From NCBI GenBank assembly GCA_029953675.1, contig JAMWBK010000007.1:2108001-2172000 (forward strand): a stretch of 64,000 nucleotides of DNA, given 5' to 3'. Below are positions 1-11,390 of the stretch, one piece after another. This stretch comes from Rhodosorus marinus CCMP1338. Taxonomy: Eukaryota; Plantae; Rhodophyta. The translations under genes were made by a program, and so were the position numbers. Within the stretch, counting starts at the first letter, position 1. Each line of letters opens with the position of its first letter. Under the pieces are notes generated by a model. The model did not search any database. It saw nothing but the letters and a program-made list of their open reading frames with translations, and had not been told where the DNA came from.

Positions 1-2
1 GA

Positions 3-545
3 GCCGGGGGACTTGGATCTTTTGCGATTCAGCTTGCGAAGCAGTTGGGCTTAACGGTCATTGCTACAGCAAGCCGACAAGACACAATAGATTGGTGCAA
101 GAACCTGGGAGCGGATCACGTGATTAACCATAGGGAGGCGCTAGCACCTCAACTGGAAGAGCTTGGCTATGCGAATGGTGTCAGATATGTTTTCCACTGT
201 TTTGAAGTCGGACTGGAGCTGGGAGACCTCATGAAAAATGTCGTCGGTCCATGCGGGAAGATGGCTGTAATTCAATACGCAAAAGAAGGTGCATACGCGA
301 CGATCGATGGAACTGACTCTTGGTTCAATCGAAAAACCCTTATACACTCGTTTATGTTCGCGAGATCGCTTCACAACGTTGGTATCGAGAAGCAAGGCCA
401 GCTCCTTAACGCAGTCTCCGAGATGATCGATGCCGGAAACATTAAGCACACCCTTAGCAAGACGTTGACGTTCGATGAAGCGAAGGAACTTATGCTTCTG
501 CAGGAATCTGGAAAAAGCATTGGGAAGCTGGCAATGACTGTTTAA
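3..545 (+). CDS. Zinc-free medium-chain dehydrogenase/reductase (quinone oxidoreductase-like, bacterial adh_fam_1/TIGR02817-type), paralog 1, 5'-truncated by the window
   Basis: Frame is open from position 3: AGGLGSFAIQLAKQLGLTVIATASRQ...GADHVINHRE...MFARS...GKSIGKLAMTV*. Rossmann GAGGLG motif and TASR NADPH motif. Clear paralog of 2070-3077. No intron in the visible part. Confidence 0.9.
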   Translation, partial: AGGLGSFAIQLAKQLGLTVIATASRQDTIDWCKNLGADHVINHREALAPQLEELGYANGVRYVFHCFEVGLELGDLMKNVVGPCGKMAVIQYAKEGAYATIDGTDSWFNRKTLIHSFMFARSLHNVGIEKQGQLLNAVSEMIDAGNIKHTLSKTLTFDEAKELMLLQESGKSIGKLAMTV

Positions 546-689
546 GAGTAGTATTTCCTAGGCCCAGGTCAAAAAAAAGGACCGCAATACTGGGCTTCTG
601 CCCGTATTGTAGTTAGTCGCACTTCGCGGGCTGTCGTCAAGACACATCGATGTAGTAGGGCGATTATAATGAGCTCCTGGATACCGTAA

Positions 690-1270
690 ACACATGTTAA
701 TAAGGTGACCACGAGTTCGTTATATGTATCCCAGCTGTTCCCCTAAATGTGTATATTATGCACATTCTACCGGATCCGCACCTGACGCCAGAACTCCGGC
801 GCTGAACTCTTTCATATCCTCGCCAGTGAGGGCGTCTGCCATGTAAATTGTCCCTCATGCATCATCGGGTGGCTTATGCCTTCTGTCGTTGAAGGTCACT
901 CTAAGATTCTCTCACCGTGAGACTTCGAGCCAAAGTGCATCGGACGTAGAATACTGAAATCGATGTTTTCCGCAAAGAAGCTTAGTGCTGGAGCTTAGCA
1001 ATGTGTTGTTGATAGCAGAGTAGCTCTACTTACATCTGTCCAAACCCTCGAAATACATCGCATCGGCAGGGATTTGTTGAACAGCGCCCACGGCGGAGAA
1101 GCACCAATCGAAAAAAAAGAAGGAAAGTCACGACATCGTCACGTTCCACTTTCACAAAGACGAAGTAGTCAAGTGCAGTGAACAACATACGTCGAAATAA
1201 ATCCACTTGAAACTTGGAAACGCTGGTATGACACTGAGCAACACAATACATTCCCTTTTCCCACAATCCC
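690..1270 (-). CDS. Unidentified small multi-exon gene between the two MDR paralogs (boundaries approximate)
   Basis: Minus strand has a series of donor/acceptor pairs (GTAAGT at 1033 ... CTCCAG; GTGAGA ... GGCAG; GTGCGG ... AACAG) bounding short open exons. Reading frame and product are not resolved. Confidence 0.25.
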
Positions 1271-2069
1271 ACCGCTTACAACGAAGACCTTCGGCAACAG
1301 CTCAATGCTTAAAAAAAAATCACCACTCTCGATATCCCACACAAAAAAACAATCAACAACAGAAGCTTATTTTCTAATTTTTAAGTCCCCACCCAAATTT
1401 ATTTGTGTCAATATTTAAAATTTACCTCAAATTTCAACTCTCAAGCAATTTACGTGTACAAATGAAAAATTCTTCTTCAGAATATTTTGATTGATTATTG
1501 ATTGAACTGCGGGTGACTAGCCACTAATTTCAGAGCTTTTCGAAGGCTCTTTGCACTTCCAAAGAATTTCCCGTAAAACTAAAGAAATTGCACGCGCAAG
1601 CGTAGAAATCTATTTATATATGAAAACTTTGCTATTCCTTACTAAATCCAGTATTGTAAAAGTTTTTTTGATAACTGTTTTTCACGGCTAGAATCAAGTA
1701 CATTGAAATATTTACCTAAATTCAAGAAATGAGATGTATGGTCGTCTTGAGACAACCAAGAGGTGATTGGCTAATTTTATTGCAACTTTGCTGGATCGAC
1801 AAGTAATTGGTCATATTATTGTTGAAAAATGTTAAATTGGCAACGGAGTGTTGATCGAGTTGGGGATGTTATCTTAATTGCTAAATGGGATCGATTGGGA
1901 TGGTTGGCAAAGGGTATAAATGCAGAGTTGTTTGAGGAGGATTGATATTGACGGTCTGGAGTGGTCGAAGAGTCAGGTATTGTGAGTGTTGGGAAGGAGG
2001 CAGAGGATCGTTCAGATTTTTGGGGTGAGGTATTGTTTTTTTTTGGGGGGGGGGGGGCTGAGAGGAAGA

Positions 2070-3077
2070 ATGAAAGCGTGGAAGATTACTGAGTTTGGAT
2101 CGGTCGATGTGATGAATCTTGTGGATGACTTTCCCATCCCCGAGATGAAGTCCACCGATATTTTGGTGAAGAACAAGGCCGTTGGGTCGAATCCGATTGA
2201 TTACAAGGCGAGGGGTGGTGCAACAGTTGTACCGTCCGAGGATAATCCTAGAATTGTTGGATGGGACGCAGCAGGAGTGGTTGAGCAAATTGGCAGTGAC
2301 GTCGTCGGGTTCAATGTGGGTGACGAAGTATACTACGCAGGGGATATTATGCGTCCACTTGGATCGTACGCAGAGTTCACAGCGGTAGACTATCGCATTG
2401 TCGGAAAGAAACCAAAGTCGCTGAGCTGGGCCGAGGCCTCGACTATTGCTTTGGTGGCGATTACGGCCTGGGAGACGATGAAGGAGGATATGGTCGTCGA
2501 AGAAGGCTCAGAAATGTTGATCATCAATGGTGCGGGGGGTCTCGGCTGCATGGCAATCCAGCTTGCAAAGCAGCTGGGTTTGACAGTCATTGCCACTGCA
2601 AGTCGCCAAGAGACCGTGGAATGGTGCAAGAAAATGGGCGCGGATCACGTAATCACGCACAGGGAACCACTAGCACCACAGTTGGAGAAACTCGGGTATG
2701 CGAAAGGGGTCAGATATGTTTTTCACTGCCACGAAGTGGGCAATGAGCTGGGTGAGCTGATGAAAAACGTGGTGGGTCCCCTTGGGAAGCTATCCTTGAC
2801 ATTTTCTCCAAAGGATGAAGGTGCCTTCGGCACAATTGACACGGTTGACATGTGGTTCAACCGGAAGGCTCTTCTCAGTACTATGATGTTCGCAAGGCCG
2901 TTTACAGGAGTCAATCCTGAGAAGCAGGGAGAGCTCCTCGACACCGTCGCTGACATGATTGATGCCGGAAAGATCACACCTGTCGTGACCAAAACGATGA
3001 AGTTCGAGGAAGCAAAAGAAGTAATGGAGCTCCAAGCATCGGGATCGACAATCGGCAAAATTGCGATGACGCTTTAG
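2070..3077 (+). CDS. Zinc-free MDR / quinone oxidoreductase-like protein (TIGR02817-type), paralog 2, 335 aa, intronless
   Basis: ATG at 2070 (MKAWKITEFG). Motifs KAVGSNPIDYK, VGWDAAGVV, VGDEVYYAGDIMRP.GSYAEF..VDYRIVGKKPKSLSWAEA, GAGGLG, TASR, MFARP. Asn replaces the catalytic Zn-binding Cys. Confidence 0.92.
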   Translation: MKAWKITEFGSVDVMNLVDDFPIPEMKSTDILVKNKAVGSNPIDYKARGGATVVPSEDNPRIVGWDAAGVVEQIGSDVVGFNVGDEVYYAGDIMRPLGSYAEFTAVDYRIVGKKPKSLSWAEASTIALVAITAWETMKEDMVVEEGSEMLIINGAGGLGCMAIQLAKQLGLTVIATASRQETVEWCKKMGADHVITHREPLAPQLEKLGYAKGVRYVFHCHEVGNELGELMKNVVGPLGKLSLTFSPKDEGAFGTIDTVDMWFNRKALLSTMMFARPFTGVNPEKQGELLDTVADMIDAGKITPVVTKTMKFEEAKEVMELQASGSTIGKIAMTL

Positions 3078-4000
3078 AGTCGTCGACGTAGCTACTATTA
3101 TTAGTTCATACGAGCTAAGAAGCGTCGGCTTGCACTACAGGTTTGTAGAGGTAGATAGCTGATTATCGGCTTTTAGCAAACGGACATGCACTGTTATAAT
3201 CGAAAAAAAAACCGAAAGCACTCTTAATCTGAAACCTTAACCTTCTGGCATGTGGAGGTACCCCTGTGGCTCTCGCAACTCTAAATGCCATGGGAACTTT
3301 ACTTGGAGATTGTTGTATACTTCCCAGGACGACGCAAAGTGGTCGTCTGACCTTGGTAGCCAAACCGAACAACGCAGGAAGCGTTCCCGTCCTCTGCTTT
3401 AGCGAGTTCCTCTGTGTTCGTGCAAGATCTGAATTCCTTGAGCTGAATTCGGAATCGGTTGTCACTGCGTGCTTTGTGACCATCGGAAACAATCTGCGGC
3501 ATCAACCTCGACAAGAAAGCACGGCGCCACTCCAAAAGCAGCCACTACCAACTGGCGCAGTGCGATGAGATTCAGTTCGAACGAACAATGCCTGAAGAGG
3601 CACATAAGCAACAAAAGCTTCCGCAGACTACGCTCCACCTGCGACGCATCTACGTACAGTGTATAACGAACGACAGAACACCTCCTCGGGTGATCGGAGG
3701 CTCGATACTATATATTGATATTCATGGAGCTTGGAATACGTTTGCTCTTCTCATGCTCGCCAAGTCGAATACGAAAGGCAACTCCAGGGTCTTAAACCAT
3801 TCGATTCACTGGTCTTACTACCCATTCAATTCTCACCTCAGAGCTTTTAGTTGACTAGCTAATGCCCCCCATCCACGTCCGAAATCAACTGATCTAGACG
3901 ACGATTAGTTTGATGGGTGAGGAAGACGACTTGACGAGTAGCGGGAAGGGAAGCAGAGGAGGATGACATTTTTTGGCGAAGAAGATTTGTTTGACTGAAG

Positions 4001-4488
4001 ATGGAGGTCCTTCCTTTAGAATTGATCGATAAATGTATAGGATCAAAGATATGGGTTATTATGAGAGGTGATAAGGAACTCGTCGGATTCCTTCGCGGAT
4101 TTGATGATTATGTGAACTTGGTGAGTCGCATGTTGTTGGTAGTAGTTGTAGAGAAATGAGAGAGAGTTTGCTTCTTTTTTGAAAGGAAGGTTCTTACTCA
4201 AGGGCAATATTTTGTGTCGACAGGTTCTCGAAGATGTAACCGAGTACGAGCAGACTGTAGATGGATGGCAAACAACGAAATTGGACAAAGTAAGTCAGCC
4301 ATTATGTGTTGCTTTTCGTTTGCGATTTGGCGTGGTGCTGAAGATTCGCGTCGTACATGTTTCTTCAGATACTTCTAAACGGAAATAATGTGTCGCTTAT
4401 GATTCCTGGATCTGACGGTCCTGAAAGTTCTATTCCGTATGACCCGCCAAAGTCGAGTCCAGGAGAGAACGGGGCTGGTGATGAGTAG
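4001..4488 (+). CDS. LSM5: U6 snRNA-associated Sm-like protein LSm5 (3 exons: 4001-4120, 4224-4289, 4369-4488; 101 aa)
   Basis: Spliced product [76 protein letters not shown].... Sm1 and Sm2 motifs, canonical GTGAGT/GTAAGT-CAG introns. Not captured as one ORF by the ORF track. Confidence 0.96.
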
Positions 4489-5298
4489 CTATTTACAATA
4501 CACGGAACTAGGATTATTGGTACTCTTCTTCCTATTTGTAGGTTATGATCCGCGACCCTTGTTGACTTCCACATGCCGTCGTTAGAATCCTTCGCCTTGT
4601 TTGCGTTTTTACTCACTCCGTGAAGGTGATAAGGATCCTTGAAGCATCCACACGACGGCATAGATATAAGTTTATTCGATGTTTGCCTTCGGTTACGGAG
4701 GTCGCTAGTTTGACTCTATCCTGATGCAACCGAAACTTAACGTCGGAACATTGCGTTCTTCTTCATCTCTTCAGGCTTTTGCTCCAAGCGCAACGTTTCC
4801 AGCCGAATGTTTCCCGTCACTGATGAGAACCATCCCAGTGCAACTCCTTGAGGGCCACAATACAACCAAGCTGGGGCTAGCCCCCACCACGTACATCGCT
4901 CGAGAATACAACTGGTTTCTACGAAAAGGCAACTGAGGACAGAGTAGGCATTACCTGTGAACGAAAAGAAGAGCAACGTCGAAGCCCATTTTGTTGTGTC
5001 ATTCCCGGGCGTGCTTGACCAGATGTTTACTGTTCTTTTCTTCGAAGAAAATTACAAAGAGTCTTCCCGCACAACGAGAACGCTTAAATCTGTTATCGCC
5101 GGGAGTTTTGGGAGCGCAGCAATTCCAGATCTTCTGATGAATACGCATAGGGCTAGTCGTGACGAGCTTTCCTTTGGGCAGCGTCGGATCCGGGATGCGT
5201 TCGAGGACCCGTTCGAGGACCCTGCTTCCTTTGAGAAGAATTCAGCTGCAGCAGTTCGTCCATGCTAACGTGGAATGTAGTATAGGAGAATTTTCAGC

Positions 5299-6100
5299 CT
5301 AGCAGCTGAAACAGCGTTCAGCACACCCATGTTCATGGTTTTGCAGTGCAAGGAAAAGCTCGAAGGCAAACAGGCAAAACCTAGAAACAGGAATCTGGGA
5401 AGTTTTGTCGTAAGGCCCACTTTGGAAGGCTCTGCTTGCTAGTCTTGGGTCCACTGCTCCAAATCGAGCTCGTTTCTGGCATATTTGCAACCTGTCATAC
5501 CAACAGCTTGCGAGTATCCAGTACCCCGGAGGTTTTCAACAACCCCATCAATTCAAGATCAACAGGAATGTCCCGAGGCGTCTTCACAAATGGCAATCGT
5601 TTCAATTCTCTGGACCACAAGTGAGCCTGGTCTTTGAGGCCGCAACTAAAGGTTCGGAGATTCTATGTGTTCGCTGTTGGCGCTCGAAGCAGGAGAGCCT
5701 TGTTTCTACGAATCACGTCGTCCTTCAAACCGACCAATCGAGCATTTTGTAGTGTTTCATCGGACCAGAGTGCTTGACAGTTGAGACAAAACGTATTGCT
5801 AAAAATACGAACATCGCGCAGTAGGTTGCGTTCCTGCACGATCTCGAATGCTTACATCACAAGGAGTCCGTCTAGCTCAGCTTTCTTGGAACTTATCTGC
5901 ATCGGGAGTCTGAAGAGGTTTCGCTGTCTTCTTTCCTGCGCTTGCACTTGCACTTGCACAGCGTCTGAGTCTGTGACCACGTTGTCCGTCCTTTGGAGGC
6001 CGAGGTTCCAGTGCTACGCCTACCTAGTCAGCAGTCTGGGGTATGCTGGGGCAATGATAAGCCTTCGAGCAAAGTCTTTTAGACTAGCCACTGCCGATCT
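5299..6100 (-). CDS. Unidentified multi-exon gene (boundaries approximate)
   Basis: Long stop-free minus-strand segments (e.g. ...NLFRLPMQISSKKAELDGLLV; CGLKDQAHLWSRELKRLPFVKTPRDIPVDLELMGLLK) bounded by GTAAGC/GTATGA donors and TTTAG acceptors. No family recognised. Confidence 0.25.
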
Positions 6101-6418
6101 GATAAGAAAAAGCTGCGTACTGGAAAGCAGAAAAGCTCTCCAAACAAGCGAACCATTAAAAGGCGACTAAGTTCAGGTTTCATCCGCTTCCAAGCTTGGC
6201 GAAGAGGAATGTCCGGGTGGTCGGCATCGCTGCAGTTGCTGCTCCTTCCTCATGAGGATATAAGTGGAGACAACTTTGACGATGATGTACGCGGTTTGAA
6301 AGGTGCTTAGCGTGCCTCTCGGAGATGTAGGAGTGGTTGGTTGAAAGCAGTTTCGACTGGGGTCGGTGAGATACATAGATTACGGGAAGGATGCAGGTTT
6401 GAAGTTTTGTTTGTTTTG

Positions 6419-7558
6419 ATGGCTTCTAGAATTGGTTTTGGGATAAATCATAGTGGTCGATTGAATTGGGCCGTTCAACAGAGACGGAGTGTTTGCGGTT
6501 CAACTGGAGGAGGGGGCTTGAAGTGTGTTTCTGGTGAAGGCAGTGTTGGATCTGTTCAAGCTTCTATGCTGAAGCGATTGGTGGAAGTAAGTCGGTTTGC
6601 ACAGCTCGTGAAGATTTCTTCCGATTTGTTTCGCGCTCTTTTCTTTTTTTTGTGCTGCGTTCTCCTTGATTGACGTCTTGCCGTACCGTAACTGGTTAGG
6701 TTGTTGGAAGCAAGTCTCGCATTGCTACGAACGAGGTCTCGCAGATCCTCAGTGCGGTTGATGAGGTTACTAGAGAGGAACTTGGTGTGCAAGAGTCTCA
6801 GTATCATGGAAGGCTTGATTTGGAGATGCGGAAGCTCATAACTTTCTTGAACATAACCGAGCAAGAAAACTATTCCTTGGGGATCTTTGTTATGCCGCCG
6901 AACACTACCATCCCTTTGCACGACCATCCCGGTAAGGAGGAAAACATCCAATCTGGATCGAAGAACACAGGAGCCTTTCTCAGCTCTTAAGCTCCACGCG
7001 CATTCGACACAGGTATGACGGTTTTCACAAAAGTTCTTTGGGGTGAGCTGGAGGTTGAAGCGTACGATATCGTCGCAAAGCGCCAAGGTAAACAGCGGCC
7101 GGGAAGCAGTTCGCGCTAGGACTAGTCAAAGCCGTGTGTTTTAACAGGTCATCCACTGTTCTTGTTGTAGGCGACAACGATGAGTACGTGGCGTTGAAGA
7201 GAGGAACTTCAGTGACCAGAGATAACGAAGTTCGATACCTTACAAAGGATAACGGCAATATTCATCAATTTCACGCGAAGAGATGGACTGCGGTCTTTGA
7301 TCTGGCAGTACCTCCCTACGACCCATGGAACGGACGTCCGTGCAACTACTTCCGCGTCCTCGGCGATGCAACCACCGAAAATGGTTGGTTTCCACCACAA
7401 AAAAACTGTGGGAAACTAGTGCTAACTAGTACACCACTGCACGCTTCCTCAAATAACTAGGTACAGGAGAGACTGATAGCGTAATCATGGAGACGCGCGA
7501 TTGTCCGGACGAGTATAGAACAACTCGAGGCATTTACACAGGTACCAGTGTGGACTGA
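6419..7558 (+). CDS. Plant cysteine oxidase / 2-aminoethanethiol dioxygenase family (PCO_ADO cupin) with N-terminal transit-peptide-like extension; 5 exons
   Basis: Exons 6419-6586, 6700-6931, 7013-7087, 7171-~7382, ~7468-7558 give YSLGIFVMPPNTTIPLHDHPGMTVFTKVLWGELEVEAYD ... GNIHQF ... AVFDLAVPPYDPWNGRPCNYF ... CPDEY...GIYTG. The three Fe-binding His (HxH plus GNIH) are intact. Confidence 0.92.
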
Positions 7559-7648
7559 CTCTAGTTCCCGATGAGCGAGTGCGACAACCGCTCTCAACGA
7601 AGATGCAAAGGTTCGATAAATTGTGCCAGATTTATATAAACGAGCGAT

Positions 7649-8030
7649 CTAACTACGACCGAAGCTGCTTGGACGGATTTGGCTCTTAGAGAGAGAGGCA
7701 ATCACAGCTGGGGCCACAGACCTACTACCCGACGACAATGACCACGGAAGTTTGGGCATGAAATCACGCCCAACCAACGGCCCTATGATCCCGAGTTCAT
7801 AATCCGTATACTCGCTTCCACCATCAGATCCAATTGTCCATCCAGTCATCTACACGCATGCTCAGATGAAGTCTCTACAGTTCCGCAACGACGCCTACAC
7901 TACCTTAGTTTTTACAGGTCGATACGATATCAAACCCACCCTCCCATCCGCTATCTGGACCGCCGTTAACATGCCTAGTGAGAACAGTGAGGATCGATCC
8001 TTCCCCAAAAAACCTGTTTAGGTTTTTCCT
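7649..8030 (-). CDS. 3' exons of an unidentified gene (5' end not resolved)
   Basis: Spliceable minus-strand exons FLGKDRSSLFSLGMLTAVQIADGRVGLISYRPVKTK | MTGWTIGSDGGSEYTDYELGIIGPLVGRDFMPKLPW... with a GTAGTG donor and GTGTAG acceptor. No family recognised. Confidence 0.25.
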
Positions 8031-9270
8031 TTTCAAGTGCTTCGTACAGTGTCACGCTGAACGATACGGAGCCATGACCACGGCCATCTGCCGACTGCAC
8101 CGAAAGAGTGATGTATGGGTGTTACACAGCTATGGTGTAGTGTTGTAAAAAGTCTCTAGACACGGATACTTGTTTAAAGCTTGAGGAGTTACACAGACGA
8201 CTTTACTTGAGCGATTTATACGTTTCAAGAAGCCGCCGTGAATGGTTTTTTTGCGTCAGTGGGTCGCACGTAAACACAAGTTTTGGCTTGACCTTGACTA
8301 GGTTGTAGGTAGGAAATCAAATCAGAAGATGGGATTCGGAGAATGTACGAGGAAGATTGAACGGACTAGTCGAGCTAGAAAACGCGAAGATGCTCGTAGA
8401 TGTTGCAGATCGTTCCAGTGGAACTTTGGTAGTGGAGTAGCAGCGGTAGGAGTGCCCTGGAAACCCACAAATAGTTGCAACACGGTTTTAGGATTTGTTC
8501 CTTGTGCTGATCTGTTTTGTTGGCGATCTTGTTTTTGGGCAGATGTTTTGTTGGGGCGTGAGCGCAACATTCAAGGTAACGAACGTCGTGTTATCCGAAT
8601 TGGAGCCCATTTCGAAAAAAAAGGGGGTAAGTCAAGCTACCAAGTGAGATTTGTATTGAAAGATCGCTTAGGCAGAACCTTGGTTTCGCTTCTTCAGAGA
8701 CTTCCAGAGCTTGATTGTTCAAATTTTGGATGGAGATTTTGTGCTTGTGGACATCACTTTCATGATCATTCCAATCCGCAATCTGGAGAGCTTGTAAGAT
8801 AGGTCCACGGTCTACAGTCAATGCTTACATTTCCTGGTGAGCACAAGCAACTGTTGTCTAATGAATTGCCTCGTTTCCGACCGTGTGCGATCAACCACGA
8901 TGTTGAATCCTCTAGGCTGACTCCAGAGCACCACCGCGTTTTGCGCTCTGAGATGAACTTGTACGTACGATCGATGGTGATGGACAAGTGCTCAACGAAC
9001 ACGTACAAGCCACGGGCGAGCACAAGTCCAGAATCACCTCGTTGCCGGGACGTCAGGTTCCAGGCGGGCTCGCCTTGGCCTCCATCCAAGCAATCATCTG
9101 AAAGTTCTCAGCTGGGGGCTACATCGAATGCGACTGGGAATCGTTCATGTGGAAGTGTTGGAACCGCGACTCAGCCTTTGTGCACGTTGCTCGGGCCTGT
9201 TTCGTCTTTCCTAGACACGCTTCCGACACGCAGACCCTGGATTTAACCTGAATTCTCTCGTTATTAAGTT

Positions 9271-10899
9271 TTACTGTCCACGTGTTGGGGTCTGTCGTGG
9301 CGGAGGATGTCTGTTCTTAATAGTTGGTGTGGTCTGAGATCGCAATGAATTTGGGTTTGAGTCGTCGAAAGTTCTTCGGAGAGCTGAGCGGAGGTCCTTG
9401 TGTTTGAATTTGTATCCCCCTTCGAGAAGCTTACTGGGTAACACCTTCTGGCCTTTGAGCACCAACTGCGCCGAGTCGCCAAGCATCAGGTTGAGTATCG
9501 AAGAGGGAACAGGCAACCACGATGGACGCCCTAGCCTCGCTCCGAGCTCATCACATATCTCGGAAAATCTAGCGGGCTGAGGAGAGGTTACGTTGTACGC
9601 GCCAGAGTATGAGTCGGAGACGATGGCATCCGTCTGTGTGATATTTTTGAATTTCCGGGAAGCGAACGATGTTATATATCGCCTCAGTCACAAAATAGAA
9701 TAATAAAACTGATAGACTTCGCGGTGGGGCTCCTGAACTTACAACTATGTCCAACACGTCATCCATATGCACCCATGAGACCCACTGCGCCCCGGTGCCC
9801 ACGGGTCCACCCAAAAAGGCTTTGAAAACAGGGACTAGCTTCTGCAGGGCACCTCCGTCGATCGACATGACAAGTCCCAGACGGAGCAAAACAGTACGGT
9901 TTCCATCCGCTGATGCCCGGCGGGCTTCAGCTTCCCAGGCTTTCGCAATGTTTGCAAGAAAGTCCTTACCTGATGGAACCGTAAACATTGGATTTTTTGG
10001 GACCCAAGATGATTAGCAAATGACGGGCAAGTTGATAAGCAGCAAGCCTAAGCGCGCATGTTCGTTTTCTCCTTACCAGCTGGAGAGGACTCATCAAAGC
10101 TGGCAGTCGAAGATGTCCCGTAGAAGCCCACGGCGGAAGCGTTTATCAACGTCGTGGGAGTGCTTCCATTCAAGACGTTTCTCTTCAAGATTGAAACGAT
10201 TCTCCTCGTTCCAATCACTCGACTATTTCGGATTTCCGCTTTTCGCTTCTCAGTCCAACGTCCTGCAAGGGCGAGGGGGTGATCCATTGGTGTTAGAACT
10301 CTGGAAATGTCCATTTTCCGAAGCGCCCTTATACTGTTAAGGGTATGCTTGCTCTCCAAGATTAGATCCTCAGTACAACATGGGTCCGGCTCGTTGTGAT
10401 TCAGGAGAGACTCTAAAAGCTTTACCTTCAGCGAGCGGCTCCCCAGCCAAGTTAACAACAGCATCGCAGTCTCGGAGTTTCCTCTCCAGTAGTGGCTCGT
10501 CCTTGCGAGTAGCCCCGACCGCTGAGTTAAAGTAGACAAAGTCAACGTTTGGGAATTCCTTTGAGGGAAAAACACCCCATGCCTTTTTCAAATCCCTAGT
10601 TAACAAAACAACCTGGTCTGCTCCCTATCACGCGAGACCACGACGGAACAAAACACTCTCAGTATAGGCGGTTAGCCGACACACACAGCTTTTCAGCCTG
10701 GACATACTTCATCTATTAAACGCTGAACCACATGGGAACCAACAAAACCAGTACCTCCAGAAACAGCTACTTTCATTCCCTTCAACCTACGTCCACCGTC
10801 ATTCCCGTCCAAACCGCAAACAACTCTGCGCCTTCGAGCTGCTCTAAAGCAAGCCCCTCCCCCTGCGCCCAACCACAAAAACCCACTTCTCTGATCCAT
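9271..10899 (-). CDS. SDR39U1: Epimerase family protein SDR39U1 / TIGR01777 (YfcH-like), probable plastid transit peptide, multi-exon
   Basis: MKVAVSGGTGFVGSHVV; DAVVNLAGEPL..RWT..RK..I..SRV.GT; LINASAVGFYG; FLA..AKAWEAEA; RTVLLRLGLV...GGAL; LGGPVGTGAQWVSWVHMDD; VL.GQKVLP.KLL..GY.FK. Arg/Ser-rich N-terminal extension of about 40 aa. Confidence 0.93.
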
Positions 10900-11390
10900 C
10901 GTTCTTAAATACCAAACCCAATGCTACACAATTACCAATCACCTCAAACAATACATTCTCTCAATACCAAATGCAAACCTCATTCAATTTAGTCAATCAA
11001 CATCCTACCCCAGAAACTCCGCACTGTCGAACCACTCCTCTCCTCGATTCCCCCCCCCCAAACAAACAACATTCACCCTTCCTAGAAAGAGAGGCATCCA
11101 CACCTATCTTCAAAACCAACCCTTCCACTCTTCCCCAACCCCCGCCCCCCCACCTTCACAACTCGCTCTCCACCGTTCCCGCGTTCTCCGATGTATTTAA
11201 AGGAACAAGCGCTGCCGCGTTAATACCATCATTTTCCAAATAGCAAAAAGGCGTTTCTCCGTTTACGCTCACTCCCTCGTGATTGAGAGTAAAAACCACA
11301 ATTTGTGATTCTAGTTGGGTTGGTGAGCCAAAAGAGTGTGTGTATGATGAGAACAGAAGCTCCTCCTGGCAGTGTACGAAGTGAATGCCA

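Noticed and set aside
1986-2069. N-terminal extension of the MDR2 ORF from a TTG start
   Set aside because: It runs through poly-T/poly-G leader sequence. The family alignment starts at MKAW (2070).
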